Positions 41,274 through 51,474 of a stretch of 64,000 nucleotides of DNA are shown one piece after another; within the stretch, counting starts at the first letter, position 1; every line of letters begins with the position of its first letter. Both the position numbers and the translations under genes were made by a program. Where the stretch lies: assembly GCA_963805975.1 (NCBI GenBank), contig CAWDVR010000004.1:1-64000 (forward strand), in the 5' to 3' direction. This DNA is from an uncultured Acidobacteriota bacterium. GTDB taxonomy: Bacteria; Acidobacteriota; Thermoanaerobaculia; Multivoradales; SZUA-115. Under the pieces are notes generated by a model, which was not told the DNA's origin, made no database searches, and was given only the letters and a program-made list of their open reading frames with translations.

Positions 41274-41561
41274 CGCGGTGGTGAGGTTCGGCTATCGGGC
41301 ACCTCGGCTGCCGGGAGGTTGCCTGGTCGAAGTCGCCACGCGATTCTGAGGCAGCTTCGCGAAGGCTCATAACCCTACCTCCACCTTGGACGAGGGAGAA
41401 CGGGGCGTGTTGTCCGGCTGCGGTCGTTCGTTGACCCTGGAGGCTTGCGGTGCTCCAGCCCAGCGACTCACGTGGTACTTAGGCTACGGGATCCGAGCGG
41501 CGTCGGCGCTTCCCTGAGTGCCGCCGGCCGTTGAACGCCTCGAGCCTAGACGACGGGAAGC

Positions 41562-42495
41562 TCAGAGGTCCGAAGGGACCGGAAGGCGAAGTTTGGCGCT
41601 GGCGTGCCTCTGCACCTCGCCCCGCCGTCGGTCGTACCGGGCAGTCGTGACTGCATCGGCGTGTCCCGCCAGCCGCTGGACGGTGAACACGTCCACGCCA
41701 GCATCCAGGAGATCGGTGACGTAGGCCCTGCGGTAGGAGTGCGGCGTAATCCCTTCGACACCTGCCTGCTGCTGACGCCGTCTGAGGATGTACCACAGCG
41801 ACTCGCCCCGCATACGGCTAACGCGCACCTGGCCCGAGCTGCTCACCGGGCAGAAGAGCGCACCTGGCTCTGAGCCCCGCTCCCGGGTCCAGGTCTGGAG
41901 GAATCGGCAGACCTGCGGCGTCAGGTACACCGTCCGATCCCGCCGGCCTTTCCCGCTCCGTACGGTGAGCATGCAGGCCTCGGCGCCGAAGTCTGCCAGG
42001 TCGAGCCCGCACAGCTCTGCCCGCCGCAGGCCACCGCCATAGAGCACGGCGAGCATGGCGGCGTCGCGCCGGCCCGCTGGTGACAGGTCAGCCGCACAGA
42101 CCTTGAACAGCGCCCGGAGGCTCCTCCTGCTCAACGGCCCGCCCGCTCGGCAGCGTCTTCGCCTTGACGTTCTCCACGTCCACAGCCCGGGCATACGTCT
42201 CGTGGTCCAGCAGGCCGAGCCGCCAGGCGTTCTTGAGGACGCACCGTAGCGCCGAGAGCATCCGGTTCACGGTGGACGGGGCGAAGCGCTGAGTGAGCGC
42301 CGCCCTCACCGCCGCGGTGTCGCGGTAGCGGACCTTCCACCAAGGGTAGGTCCAGGGGTCGGTGCCGTCGCCGCCGAGGAGGCAGGCGACAGTCTCGAGC
42401 GAGTGCCGCACGGCCCAATAGCTTCCGGGCGCCAGAGAGTCGAGGTAGACGCGGGCAGGGTTGTCCTCCTGCTTGCGGCGTCGGGGCGTCGTCAT
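41562..42495 (-). CDS. XerC/D-like tyrosine recombinase (not IntI), one frameshift near 42120
   Basis: APSTVNRMLSALR, RDAAML..GLRRAEL, GKG, HSYRR, AGH, TTARYDRR. Lacks the IntI-specific insertion. Confidence 0.85.
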
Positions 42496-42755
42496 GGGGT
42501 GGTCTCCTGTCGGTCGGAATGTCTGTCCCACAGGCCCTTGGGGCTGGCCTGGGCCAGAGGCGGGTGCCCACACTCGACCGGTACGCGTCAGGCACCTTGG
42601 CGGGCCTCCCAGGGCCGGTGGGACAGGCTCTCCTCGGTCGGTCAGGATCTCCTGGGCCGGCCGAGTGGGGCTGGGTCATGGATGGGGATCGATGGACAGT
42701 AGAGGGAGGGCCGGGCGGCCAGGACACGGGCTCCAGACCGCCCTCCAAGGTCGGC

Positions 42756-43193
42756 TCAGGCGGCGCCCTTGCGCTTGCCACCGCGGACCGGCTTGCGCTC
42801 GACCGGCTCGACCTCAGCCGGGGCTGCTGCTCCTGGCTCGGTGAACCGGAAGCCCACGATTCCCTGGCCGAACGCCTCAGCGTCGAAGGTCCGGGCCTCG
42901 GCCAGCGCCAGCCCATAGTGAGCGAAGAAGCGGCGGCCGTCCACCAGACCCGAGCGGTTGGCCTGCTGGCGGAGCCTGTAGCGCCCTCGGCTCCCCTCAG
43001 GCGCCGGGCGCATGCCGACCGTCTTGGTCACCGTGTCGTAGCCGAGCTGGACGGCGGTGACTCCCTCGCCGAGCAGGGCCACGGCCGCGCCGGTCAGGGA
43101 CACCTGGCCGCTACGTCGGACTGTGATCTTCGGCGCCCGGTTGTCGGTCCTGGCGCCCTCGAAGAACTCGAACTGGTCGAAGCTGGTGCTCAT
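42756..43193 (-). CDS. Hypothetical protein, possibly AbrB-like DNA-binding
   Basis: RBS AGGAGG; KITVRRSGQVSL; basic C-terminal tail. Confidence 0.6.
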   Translation of the reverse strand: MSTSFDQFEFFEGARTDNRAPKITVRRSGQVSLTGAAVALLGEGVTAVQLGYDTVTKTVGMRPAPEGSRGRYRLRQQANRSGLVDGRRFFAHYGLALAEARTFDAEAFGQGIVGFRFTEPGAAAPAEVEPVERKPVRGGKRKGAA

Positions 43194-43671
43194 GGGCTTC
43201 CTCCTGGGAAAGAGTGGAGATCAGGTCGGGCTCAATCGCCCGGCTTGTCCGTGAGCCGAGTGGCTACGGGACTTCGCGCCGGATCGTCAACCAGCGGAGC
43301 GCGGAAATCTCGCGGGTTCAGGGCGGCCTCAAACCTACGACCCACCCCGCGGCGCCCGAGCCTCGGAGAGCTTCGAGATCCAACCCGTAGCCCCGGTGCC
43401 GAGAATCCCCAAGCTCGGCACTGGCCACAGCCTGACCCTTGGCCAGCTCTGGCGCTGTGAGGAAGTGGGGCGGATCAGTGGGTGGTTCGTGAGCGGGTAG
43501 GAGCACCCACTTGCCCGCGGGGCGCCTCCCGGCCAGGTCGGACGTCGGCACCTCCGAAGCGGCGTGCATCGCGTAACGGAATGATGGCCACAGCGACGAA
43601 TCGAAATAACTACTCGCGGTGGCTTGACCGGGGTGCGTCGATGCGCTCGCGGTGGAGGAGGGGTCTACGCG

Positions 43672-46217
43672 ATGAGAGTCCGGAGTCTCGTGTTGTTCGC
43701 CGCCGTGGTGTCCGGCTGCTGCCTCCTCAAGCCCGATCGGCCGGTGCAGCCGATCCCACCGAGCAGCAAGTTCCTCACCTACGCCGGGAGCGAAGCTGAG
43801 ATCGTCCCCGGCAGCTACTTCGTGCTCTTCGACGACGCGTTCGTGCCCGCGGCCGCGGTGAGGAGCCTCGCCGACTCCCTGGTCGCGGGCACCGGCGGCA
43901 AGGTCTCCTTCGTGCTCACGGAGAGCATCCGCGGCTTTGCGGCGGAGGGCCTCGCCGACCCTTGGGCCTACGCCGTCAGCACGCGGCAGGACATCAAACT
44001 GGTGCGCAAGGACGTCCGCGTGGCCGGCAAAGAGATCCGTGGCAACCCTTGGGGGCCGCCGCCGTGGAACCTCGACCGCATCGATCAGCGCGCAAGCTTC
44101 CAGCAGGACCGCGACTACCGCTACAAGACCGGCAGGATCGGCAGCGGCCCGCAGGTTCCGATCTACGTCGTGGACAACGGCGTGTACAAGGCGCACTCCG
44201 AGTTCAGCGACGGGGCAACGACCCGGATCGTCGACGTGGCGGATGCCACCGTGCCCGTCGGCACTCCCGGCTTCAACCGCTGCGTGCTCAACGTGCCGGA
44301 TGCCCATCACGGCACCGCCATCGCTTCGATCGCAGCCGGCAAGGGCCTCGGCATCACGCCGACGGCAATCCGAAACGTCAAGGTGCTGGACCGGGACCCC
44401 TTCGGCAGCTCGTGCACCGCGGGCACAACCAACCAGGTTGCGCGCGGCTTGGACGCGGCCTTCAGCGACATGCAGAGCAACGGCTTCACCAAGGCGGTTT
44501 TCAACCTCAGCCTCGGCTGGCCGGTGGCGGTACCGGATGTGGCGATGCAAATCACCCGCTTGCAGGGCATCGGTGCGGTGATTGTCGCCGCTGCCGGCAA
44601 CGAGAACCGCGACGCGAGCACCCTCACGCCGGCCAACCTGCCGGGCGTGGTGGCGGTGGGTGCAACGTCGCAAGCCGATGTGCGCTGGGTGTTTTCCGCG
44701 GTCATCGGTTCCAACTTCGGCAGCACGGTGGCGCTGTGGGCGCCCGGCGGGAACATCCTGGGGGCGACCTGGCCAACCCCGGCCGCGCCTCAACTGCGGG
44801 ACTCCTTCGACGGCACGTCGATGGCGGCGCCGCACGTGGCGGGCGCGTTGGCGCTGCTCTGGCAGCAGAATCCGAACATGAGCGCTACACAGGTGGTGGC
44901 AGCCCTGCGGGCGCGCGCCACCCGCAACATGCTGACCGCGCTGGGCGCGGGTTCGCCCAATGCCTTGCTGTACGTCGGGGAGGATGCACCCTCTCCCAGT
45001 CAGGTTCGACGCCTCCCGCAGACGGGGGGCGACGGCTTCCTCCGCGCGGTGCACTGGGACGGTTACCCCGCTCGCCGGCAGGTGCTGCTCGCGGGCGGCG
45101 ACGACGCCGGGCCGACTCCTTTCGCCTTCGCAACGGTCGGAGAGACGGCCCTCTCCAACGGGCCGCTGACGCAGGGCAACGTCACTCCGGCGGTGTCCAG
45201 CTGCACGGCGATCAGCGTCTCGCCCTCGGCCAACTTCTTCGGCTGTATGCGCCCGATCGCCGGCGGGCGCGAGGCGGTGGTGGTGGCAACGGGTCCGGCG
45301 AGCATCGCGCTCCCGCGCTGGCTGGCTTCCCTGGGACCGGCATCGTCGATCGACGACATCACCTACGGCTACCAGTACGTGAGCTTGGGGCAGGTGAATG
45401 AGCGGGTGTACGCCGTCGTGACCCGGCCGCGCGCGGCGCCGGCCAACGGCAGCGAGGTGGTGGTGTTTTGGCTCGATACCGAGACCGGGCAGCAGGTCGG
45501 TTCCCTGGTGCTCACCGCTCTGGGTTCCAGGAAGACTTCCACCGCGGGGTGGAAGCGGTGTTGCTCGAAGTCGTGAGCTCGACCACCTCGGAGTTGGTGG
45601 TGGCGACCTACAGCGACCCGCCGGGGCGGGACAAGACGTTCGTCTGGAAGCTGGACCCGGTCGCGAGGAGCATCGTCGAATGGCGCGAGGTGCCACCCCC
45701 CTCGCTCGCGGTGGACGGCATGTTCGCCACCTCACTCGCGGTGCAGGCGCGGGAGGACAACGGCAACGGCACCATCATCCCAGCCGAGGTTTTCCTCTCC
45801 GCGACCGTGCAGGTTGTGGACGGCGGCCGGCGTTTCCCTTGGGCCTACATCTTCCGCATGAACCAGGACCGGGTCACGGTGCACAGTACGATCGAGGTGG
45901 TCAAGGACTCGCAGATCACGACCCTCTGGTCCGAGGGCGGGGACCTCTTCCTCTGCGGCAGTACGACCCGCACCTTTGCCGCGGGTGATCTCCAAGGCGT
46001 GCCGAAGCCCGGAGCGAACCTGGACTACGACACCTTCCTCGGCAGGAGCGAGGGCGTGGTCAACACCCGGCACTGGATCACGACCTTCAATCCGACCCCT
46101 CCAACCAATCCGACCATCGAGAACGACATCGGCTTCTGCCACTTCGACGGCAGCCGAGCGTATCTCGCCGGTAGCGATGCTGACGGCTTCTTCGTGGTCG
46201 AATACCCGGTGTTCTGA
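43672..46217 (+). CDS. Exported S8 subtilisin (proteinase K-like) protease with a C-terminal beta-rich domain, frameshift near 45520
   Basis: Signal/lipobox-like LFAAVVSGC, I9-like prodomain, WNLDRIDQR, VVDNG, HGTAIA, AAGN, GTSMAAPHVAG. Confidence 0.9.
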
Positions 46218-46258
46218 GGAGGGGTCAAAGAGGAACCTAGCCGCGCAGCGCGGCCCTC

Positions 46259-46861
46259 TCAGGCCTCCAGCTCGCTCCTCGCCGCTCTTGGACGGAGGAC
46301 CACGCCGCACCTTCCAAGCGCCCGGCGGAGGCGAAACAGGATGCTGTCCACGCTCCCCGGGCGTAGGCCCACTCGCGCGCCGACCTCTCGGTTGGTGAAG
46401 CCTGCAAGGTAGGTCAGCACGAAGATCCGGTACTGTCGGGTCGAGAGCTCCCGCCGACACTCGGCGAGCTTGTGGTGCAGGGTGTCGCGGCCCATCAGCG
46501 TCTGCTCTGGCGTAGGAGGCCACGCGGCCACGAGCCCGGCGCTCTCGCCGTTGGTCGAAGCGGGCGCCTCGCGCTTCTTGGCTCTGCCGCGACGCACGGC
46601 GTCGATGGTCAGGTTGCTAGCGGCGCGAAGCACGTAGGCCGGGAAGTCCTCGACCTCTTCCGGCACACCGCGCTCCCAGAGACGCAGCAGGAGATCCTGG
46701 GCCAAGTCGTCGATGGCGTCGTCCTGGAGGCGGACTCCACGCACTGCGGCAGTCCACCGGATGAGCCTGCGGATGCTGGCGTGAAGGTCCGGGCTCAGAC
46801 TGGTCGTGAAGAGGTCGGGGTCTGAGCCCACACCTTTCCCTTCCACGAGTCGCCGTGTCAT
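46259..46861 (-). CDS. ECF-type sigma-70 factor
   Basis: DDLAQDLLLRLW, AYV..AASNL.ID..R, region-4 HTH (LSTRQYRIF..GFTNREVG). Confidence 0.85.
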   Translation of the reverse strand: MTRRLVEGKGVGSDPDLFTTSLSPDLHASIRRLIRWTAAVRGVRLQDDAIDDLAQDLLLRLWERGVPEEVEDFPAYVLRAASNLTIDAVRRGRAKKREAPASTNGESAGLVAAWPPTPEQTLMGRDTLHHKLAECRRELSTRQYRIFVLTYLAGFTNREVGARVGLRPGSVDSILFRLRRALGRCGVVLRPRAARSELEA

Positions 46862-47032
46862 CAGCTCCTCCGCGCCTTGCGGGTCTGTGGGTCGAGTCCG
46901 GGCCGGTGCTAGCCTGGTCGTGGGGGCAATGTCTGGGAGGGCCGGAGATGCCTGGACGCAGCTGAGGTAGGTCTCCCAGGCATCGATGCCTCGCCGGCCT
47001 CCCAGAACCTCCCACGCCCCTTGGACCGGCGA

Positions 47033-47557
47033 TCAACTCTCGGCCGTGGGCTCCTCGGCCTGGGCCTCAGCAGCCTTCCGCTCCCCTGTCCGCGCCTTGA
47101 GCCGGTCGGCCAGGATCACCCCGGCGCGACGCAGCGCCGTGGACCCTGCCGCCTCCAGGAGAAGCGCCAGCGAGGCAGGCGAGAGCGCGAGGTGCAGACC
47201 GCTGTGGAGGCAGACTAGAGTCTCGGGGTCGAACGTGGCCAGCCAGCCCACCGTCTCGGGCTTCGTCCCTGAGGCCAGAGCGCTCACAGGGAAGCCCTGG
47301 GCTTCCGCCTCGTCGGAGAGGACAAGGCGAACATCTCTCCCGGTCGCCGGGAGTATCGCCGCCGCCAGTAGCGCCAGTTCCCGGTCCTTGAACACGGCAT
47401 GCGGAGCCGCGTCGCCGTCCTGCACAACGCCCCAGCGCCCTCGGTCGAGTGTGACCACCCGCCAGGGTCCAGAGGTCGAGGCTTCGAGGCCAGTCGCCGG
47501 TTCGTCGTGCTCGGCAAAGTGGTCGAGGAACTCAGGGGCGAAGGCGTTGGGCTCCAT
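47033..47557 (-). CDS. Hypothetical protein
   Basis: RBS AAGGAG and ATG; co-oriented with the sigma and recombinase genes. Confidence 0.6.
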   Translation of the reverse strand: MEPNAFAPEFLDHFAEHDEPATGLEASTSGPWRVVTLDRGRWGVVQDGDAAPHAVFKDRELALLAAAILPATGRDVRLVLSDEAEAQGFPVSALASGTKPETVGWLATFDPETLVCLHSGLHLALSPASLALLLEAAGSTALRRAGVILADRLKARTGERKAAEAQAEEPTAES

Positions 47558-48100
47558 GGCAAGGCTCCTTCTCGGGTGCTCCGAGAGACAAGCCGGGCCT
47601 GGGGCTGGAGATCGCTCGAGCCTCAGGCCACAGGCAGTGGTCATGAGGCTGGTAGCAGTACGGGGACCGGCGCCGGCTGGTCAACCGGGGCGAGAGCTTT
47701 AGCAGTGGGGAGCTAAGCTCGAGCCAGGCGCGGGCGGCGCGTCTGCATCCCTACCGTCTATCTGCCGCCGATCTGAGCCGCCTATTCGCTGCCACTTCCT
47801 CTCCGGCTAGCGGCGGGCAGAGGACTGGCCCGGGCCAATCCGTGGTTGAGTTCGGCTGCGGCGGACGCTCGGCTCCCGACCGTCTCTACCTGAGGTCTCC
47901 AGTTCGTGACCATTACCACGCGGTAGGCGGCCGGAAGTCAGGCAGATCCGCAGCCTTGCACTGTCCTCACTCGCAGTTCGTGACAACCCGCCGTTCACCC
48001 ATTTGGCGTGGTGGCGGCAGGGGCAGGTGCATAGAGAGTTCGGCTAAGATCGAGTCCAATGGTTGAGCCAGTTCAGGAGCGCGCCCAGCATGAGCTGCGA

Positions 48101-50092
48101 ATGGATCTCCAGGGGAGACTCCGCAACACTAAGGTCGCAGCTCAAGACGCCTTTCTCCCGCTCTTCGAGGCGGTGGTCAACGGCATCCATTCGACTGAGG
48201 ATCGCTTCGGTGTCAACGTAGAGACCATGGGGCGAGTCAGCATTCATGTGCACCGCGTCCAGCAACACGCAATTCCCGGAGCTACGGGCAGACCGCCTAT
48301 TGAGGAGCTTGAGGGCTTCACGATCGTTGACAATGGCGAGGGCTTTACTGACAAGAATCTCCGGTCTTTCGAGACGGCGGACAGCGATGCCAAGCTCGCT
48401 AGGGGTGGAAAAGGGATCGGCCGTCTTACCTGGTTGGTAGTTTTTCAGCGGGCTGAGATCCGAAGCACCTTCCAGCAACCCAACGGGAGCCGAGCTCAGC
48501 GGGCCTTCACGTTCAGCCCGACACCGACCGGAATCACCGATTTCGAGGAGCACGCCTCCGCACCTGATGCCGAACTGGAGACCCGGGTTCGCTTGGTCGG
48601 TACGCGGAGCACCTACGCACAGTACCTACGCAGAGGCACCGAAGTAATCGCGGAGCGCGTCTTCGAGCACTGTTTCAACTACTTCGTTCTGGGCCGTTGT
48701 CCCCGTGTGACCATCATCGATGAGGGGGCGGATGGTCAGACGACTGCCATTTTGAACGAGCGCCGCCGTGAACTCAACATCAGCGATAGGGAGCCCCTGA
48801 CTGTTGGAGACCACGCGCTGGACCTGCGGCATGTCCGGCAACGATATGCCACGGGGCGTCGGCACATGGGCCACCTTCTCGCCAATGACAGAGTGGCGTG
48901 TTCGTTCTCTCTCGCTGATGTATCTGACCTCAGCAATGATCCCATCCCCAGTGAAGCGGGGGAACCGCAAGTTCATCACGTCTACGTCGCTGGAGCCGCA
49001 CTCAACGAGGCTGCCGATAGCACGCGGACGCACTTCGTGCTTCCCGACGGCGAGCCGCTTCTCGAGGCAGCCGGCAGTCTCGACCTCAAGACTCTCCGCG
49101 AAGCCGTGGGGGCCAACGTCAACGAACAATTGGCGGTAGTGCTCGCAGCTGAAAGGGAGGAAACCCTCCGCAAGGTCCAAATTCACATTCGGACACAGCA
49201 GCCCGAGTATGCTCGGCTCCTCGAGCAGAAGCGAGAGCAGCTATCCAGAATCAAGTGGTCAGACAATCCGAGACAGCTCGACGAGGCGCTCTACAAATTG
49301 AAGCAGGGATGGGAGCTGGAGATCAGAAGCCAGCAGTCCGAAGTGGAGCGGAAGCTAGTCGCCGAACAGACTGAGATAGAGGACATCGCCGAGCAGCTTT
49401 ACCGTGTCGTCTCTGAGACGAATCTTGCTGGTCAGGATGACTTGGTACGGTACGTGGTCAAACGCCGAGCGGTGCTCCAGCTGCTAACGCAACTAACCTC
49501 AAGATTCCGGAGCGCTCTCGAAGAGGACATCCACAAGATCGTGTTTCCTCTGAAGACAACGAACGGCCAAGTCGCCTACGACGATCACAACCTGTGGCTA
49601 GTGGATGACACGCTCTCCTTCTACGAGTTCATCGCTTCGGATACCCCTCTCAACGCGCAGGAAGCGGCGGTGATCGACTCCAGGAGGAGGCCCGATATCC
49701 TGGCGTTCAAGGCAGGCGATCCTTTTCAGCACGTCTCTTTGGTCGAGTTCAAGAGGCCAGACCGCACCGACACGAAGAGTCCAGTCGAGCAACTTGTAGG
49801 CTACGCACGGCTCCTCCGGCGAGGCGGTGAGGTAGACGCCCAAGGCGTGACGATGCCCAAGGTAGGGATGAATGTCAGGATCGATGCCTACGCCATCGTT
49901 ACTCTGACTCCCCAGATGGAAGAGCTGCTATCCATCGGACCAGGCGAGATGAAGGAAGTCGAGGGAGAAGCCCGCTGGTATGGTGGCCTGTCTAGCCTCA
50001 ATATGACGATCGAAGTTCTTGACTTCACTGCCTTCGTCCGTCGTGCACAGCAACGCAACCAGGCGTTCTTTCGTGCGCTCGGCTTAATCTGA
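48101..50092 (+). CDS. GHKL (HATPase_c/MORC-like) ATPase fused to a PD-(D/E)xK nuclease
   Basis: EAVVNGI, DNGEGF, GGKGIGR, a coiled coil, then RPDIL..LVEFKRP. Confidence 0.85.
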   Translation: MDLQGRLRNTKVAAQDAFLPLFEAVVNGIHSTEDRFGVNVETMGRVSIHVHRVQQHAIPGATGRPPIEELEGFTIVDNGEGFTDKNLRSFETADSDAKLARGGKGIGRLTWLVVFQRAEIRSTFQQPNGSRAQRAFTFSPTPTGITDFEEHASAPDAELETRVRLVGTRSTYAQYLRRGTEVIAERVFEHCFNYFVLGRCPRVTIIDEGADGQTTAILNERRRELNISDREPLTVGDHALDLRHVRQRYATGRRHMGHLLANDRVACSFSLADVSDLSNDPIPSEAGEPQVHHVYVAGAALNEAADSTRTHFVLPDGEPLLEAAGSLDLKTLREAVGANVNEQLAVVLAAEREETLRKVQIHIRTQQPEYARLLEQKREQLSRIKWSDNPRQLDEALYKLKQGWELEIRSQQSEVERKLVAEQTEIEDIAEQLYRVVSETNLAGQDDLVRYVVKRRAVLQLLTQLTSRFRSALEEDIHKIVFPLKTTNGQVAYDDHNLWLVDDTLSFYEFIASDTPLNAQEAAVIDSRRRPDILAFKAGDPFQHVSLVEFKRPDRTDTKSPVEQLVGYARLLRRGGEVDAQGVTMPKVGMNVRIDAYAIVTLTPQMEELLSIGPGEMKEVEGEARWYGGLSSLNMTIEVLDFTAFVRRAQQRNQAFFRALGLI

Positions 50093-50358
50093 CGGCAACC
50101 TGCTTGCAATCGGATTGATCTTACTACTGCCGGTCTGCGGCTAGGTCGCTTCCTGACAGAAACTGCTGGGCGGCGCGACCCGGTACGTTCTGGAAACGCG
50201 GTTCTGGTGAGCGGAATTCATCAGGCCCGACGCTGGACTCGCTCGGACTTGACGAGATAGGCGCCTCGATCGGCTTCCTTGCGAGACTCAGAGGCGCGAG
50301 TGACCGCCCGCAGAAATCGCCCTCGACTCACTGCGAACTCGCCTCGCGGCCGAGCCCC

Positions 50359-51051
50359 TTAGATCTTTCCTCGCTGGTGCAGCGACACCCACCGTCCCAG
50401 CTCACCAAGGATCAGATGGTCCTGGAGTCTGATCCCGACTGTCGCTGCGGCCTCCACCATGCGACGGGTGAACAGGATGTCCTCGCTGCTTGGTTGCAGA
50501 TCTCCACTTGGGTGCGTGTGGAACAGGACGATGACCGAGGCGCCCGCAAGGATCGCTTCCTTGAGGATCGCTCGGGGCTCGACAGCCGCGTGGGTCAGAG
50601 TGCCGCGGTAGATCTCCCGGCACGCCAGCAGGCGGTAGCAGCCGTTGAGGAGAAGGGCGCCGAGCACCTCTTGGTTCTGATCGCCGTAGGTGAGGGTCAG
50701 GTAGCGCGCGACCTCGGCAGCTCGGGTCAGTGGATAGCGCCGTGGGATCTCAGCGAAGGCCAGACGTCGCGCCAGCTCGATAGCCCCCAGGACCGCCGCG
50801 GCCTTGGTCTCGGTGAGACCGATCCGGACCAGCGAGTGGAAGCTCAGCGATGGAAGGCCGGCGATTCCACCTATCTCGGCGAGCACTCCCTGCGCGAGAA
50901 GCTGGGTGTCGGCCCGGTGGTGCCCGTTGGCAAGGCACAAGGCGAGGAGTTCCAAGTCCGCGAGGGTGCCGGCTCCGTGCGCTACCAGCCGGTCTCGGGG
51001 GCTCTCCGGGGCCGGGGCTTTACGCAGGGGACTGGATCGAGGCCGCCGCAT
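50359..51051 (-). CDS. radC: RadC/JAB-domain protein
   Basis: PRDRL..G...L.D.ELLAL, QEV, GTL, HTHPSGD..PS.ED, LQDHLI. Confidence 0.95.
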   Translation of the reverse strand: MRRPRSSPLRKAPAPESPRDRLVAHGAGTLADLELLALCLANGHHRADTQLLAQGVLAEIGGIAGLPSLSFHSLVRIGLTETKAAAVLGAIELARRLAFAEIPRRYPLTRAAEVARYLTLTYGDQNQEVLGALLLNGCYRLLACREIYRGTLTHAAVEPRAILKEAILAGASVIVLFHTHPSGDLQPSSEDILFTRRMVEAAATVGIRLQDHLILGELGRWVSLHQRGKI

Positions 51052-51474
51052 GTGCGGCCAGGACTAGTACGGGGGAACTAAGCTCGATGTCAATCATCGC
51101 AGCCGCAAAGCGTAGGCAGGCAGCGACGGCCGAGACAAGGGCGGCAAGGTGTCCAGCTTTCGACTCAGGAGGTTTCCCCGGAGAGCCACGGATCACATCA
51201 GGTCATGGTGTCCATCACGTCCGATCCACGAAGGCGCTGATCCCCTCCGGTTCGGGTGCGGCCACGAGGAACGGCGTTCTTAGGCTCCAGTGGCCGACCT
51301 CTGTCGAGCCTCCCAGAACTGCGGGCCCAGCTGGAGGTGGGGAGGGTCGAACGATTCCGTCCACATTCTCTTGACGGGGCTCACAGCCTGCGCCAGCATG
51401 GCCTTCGAAAGCTACAGAGAACGCGAGATTGCAGGAGGCACTGAACGCGGAGCTAGCCTCCCACCGCTCAGCCG

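Noticed and set aside
41562-42495. Calling this recombinase IntI
   Set aside because: It lacks the IntI insertion and the YTHV C-terminal motif, having TTARYDRR instead.
43318-45735. Long shadow ORFs (805 aa here; also 12391-13701, 58516-59922, 61530-62588)
   Set aside because: They are antisense or alternate-frame to well-supported genes, a common artefact in high-GC DNA.
1-46217. Programmed frameshifting as the cause of the many split genes
   Set aside because: No consistent slippery motifs. Scattered single-base indels fit sequencing error or decay better, and reads are needed to decide.
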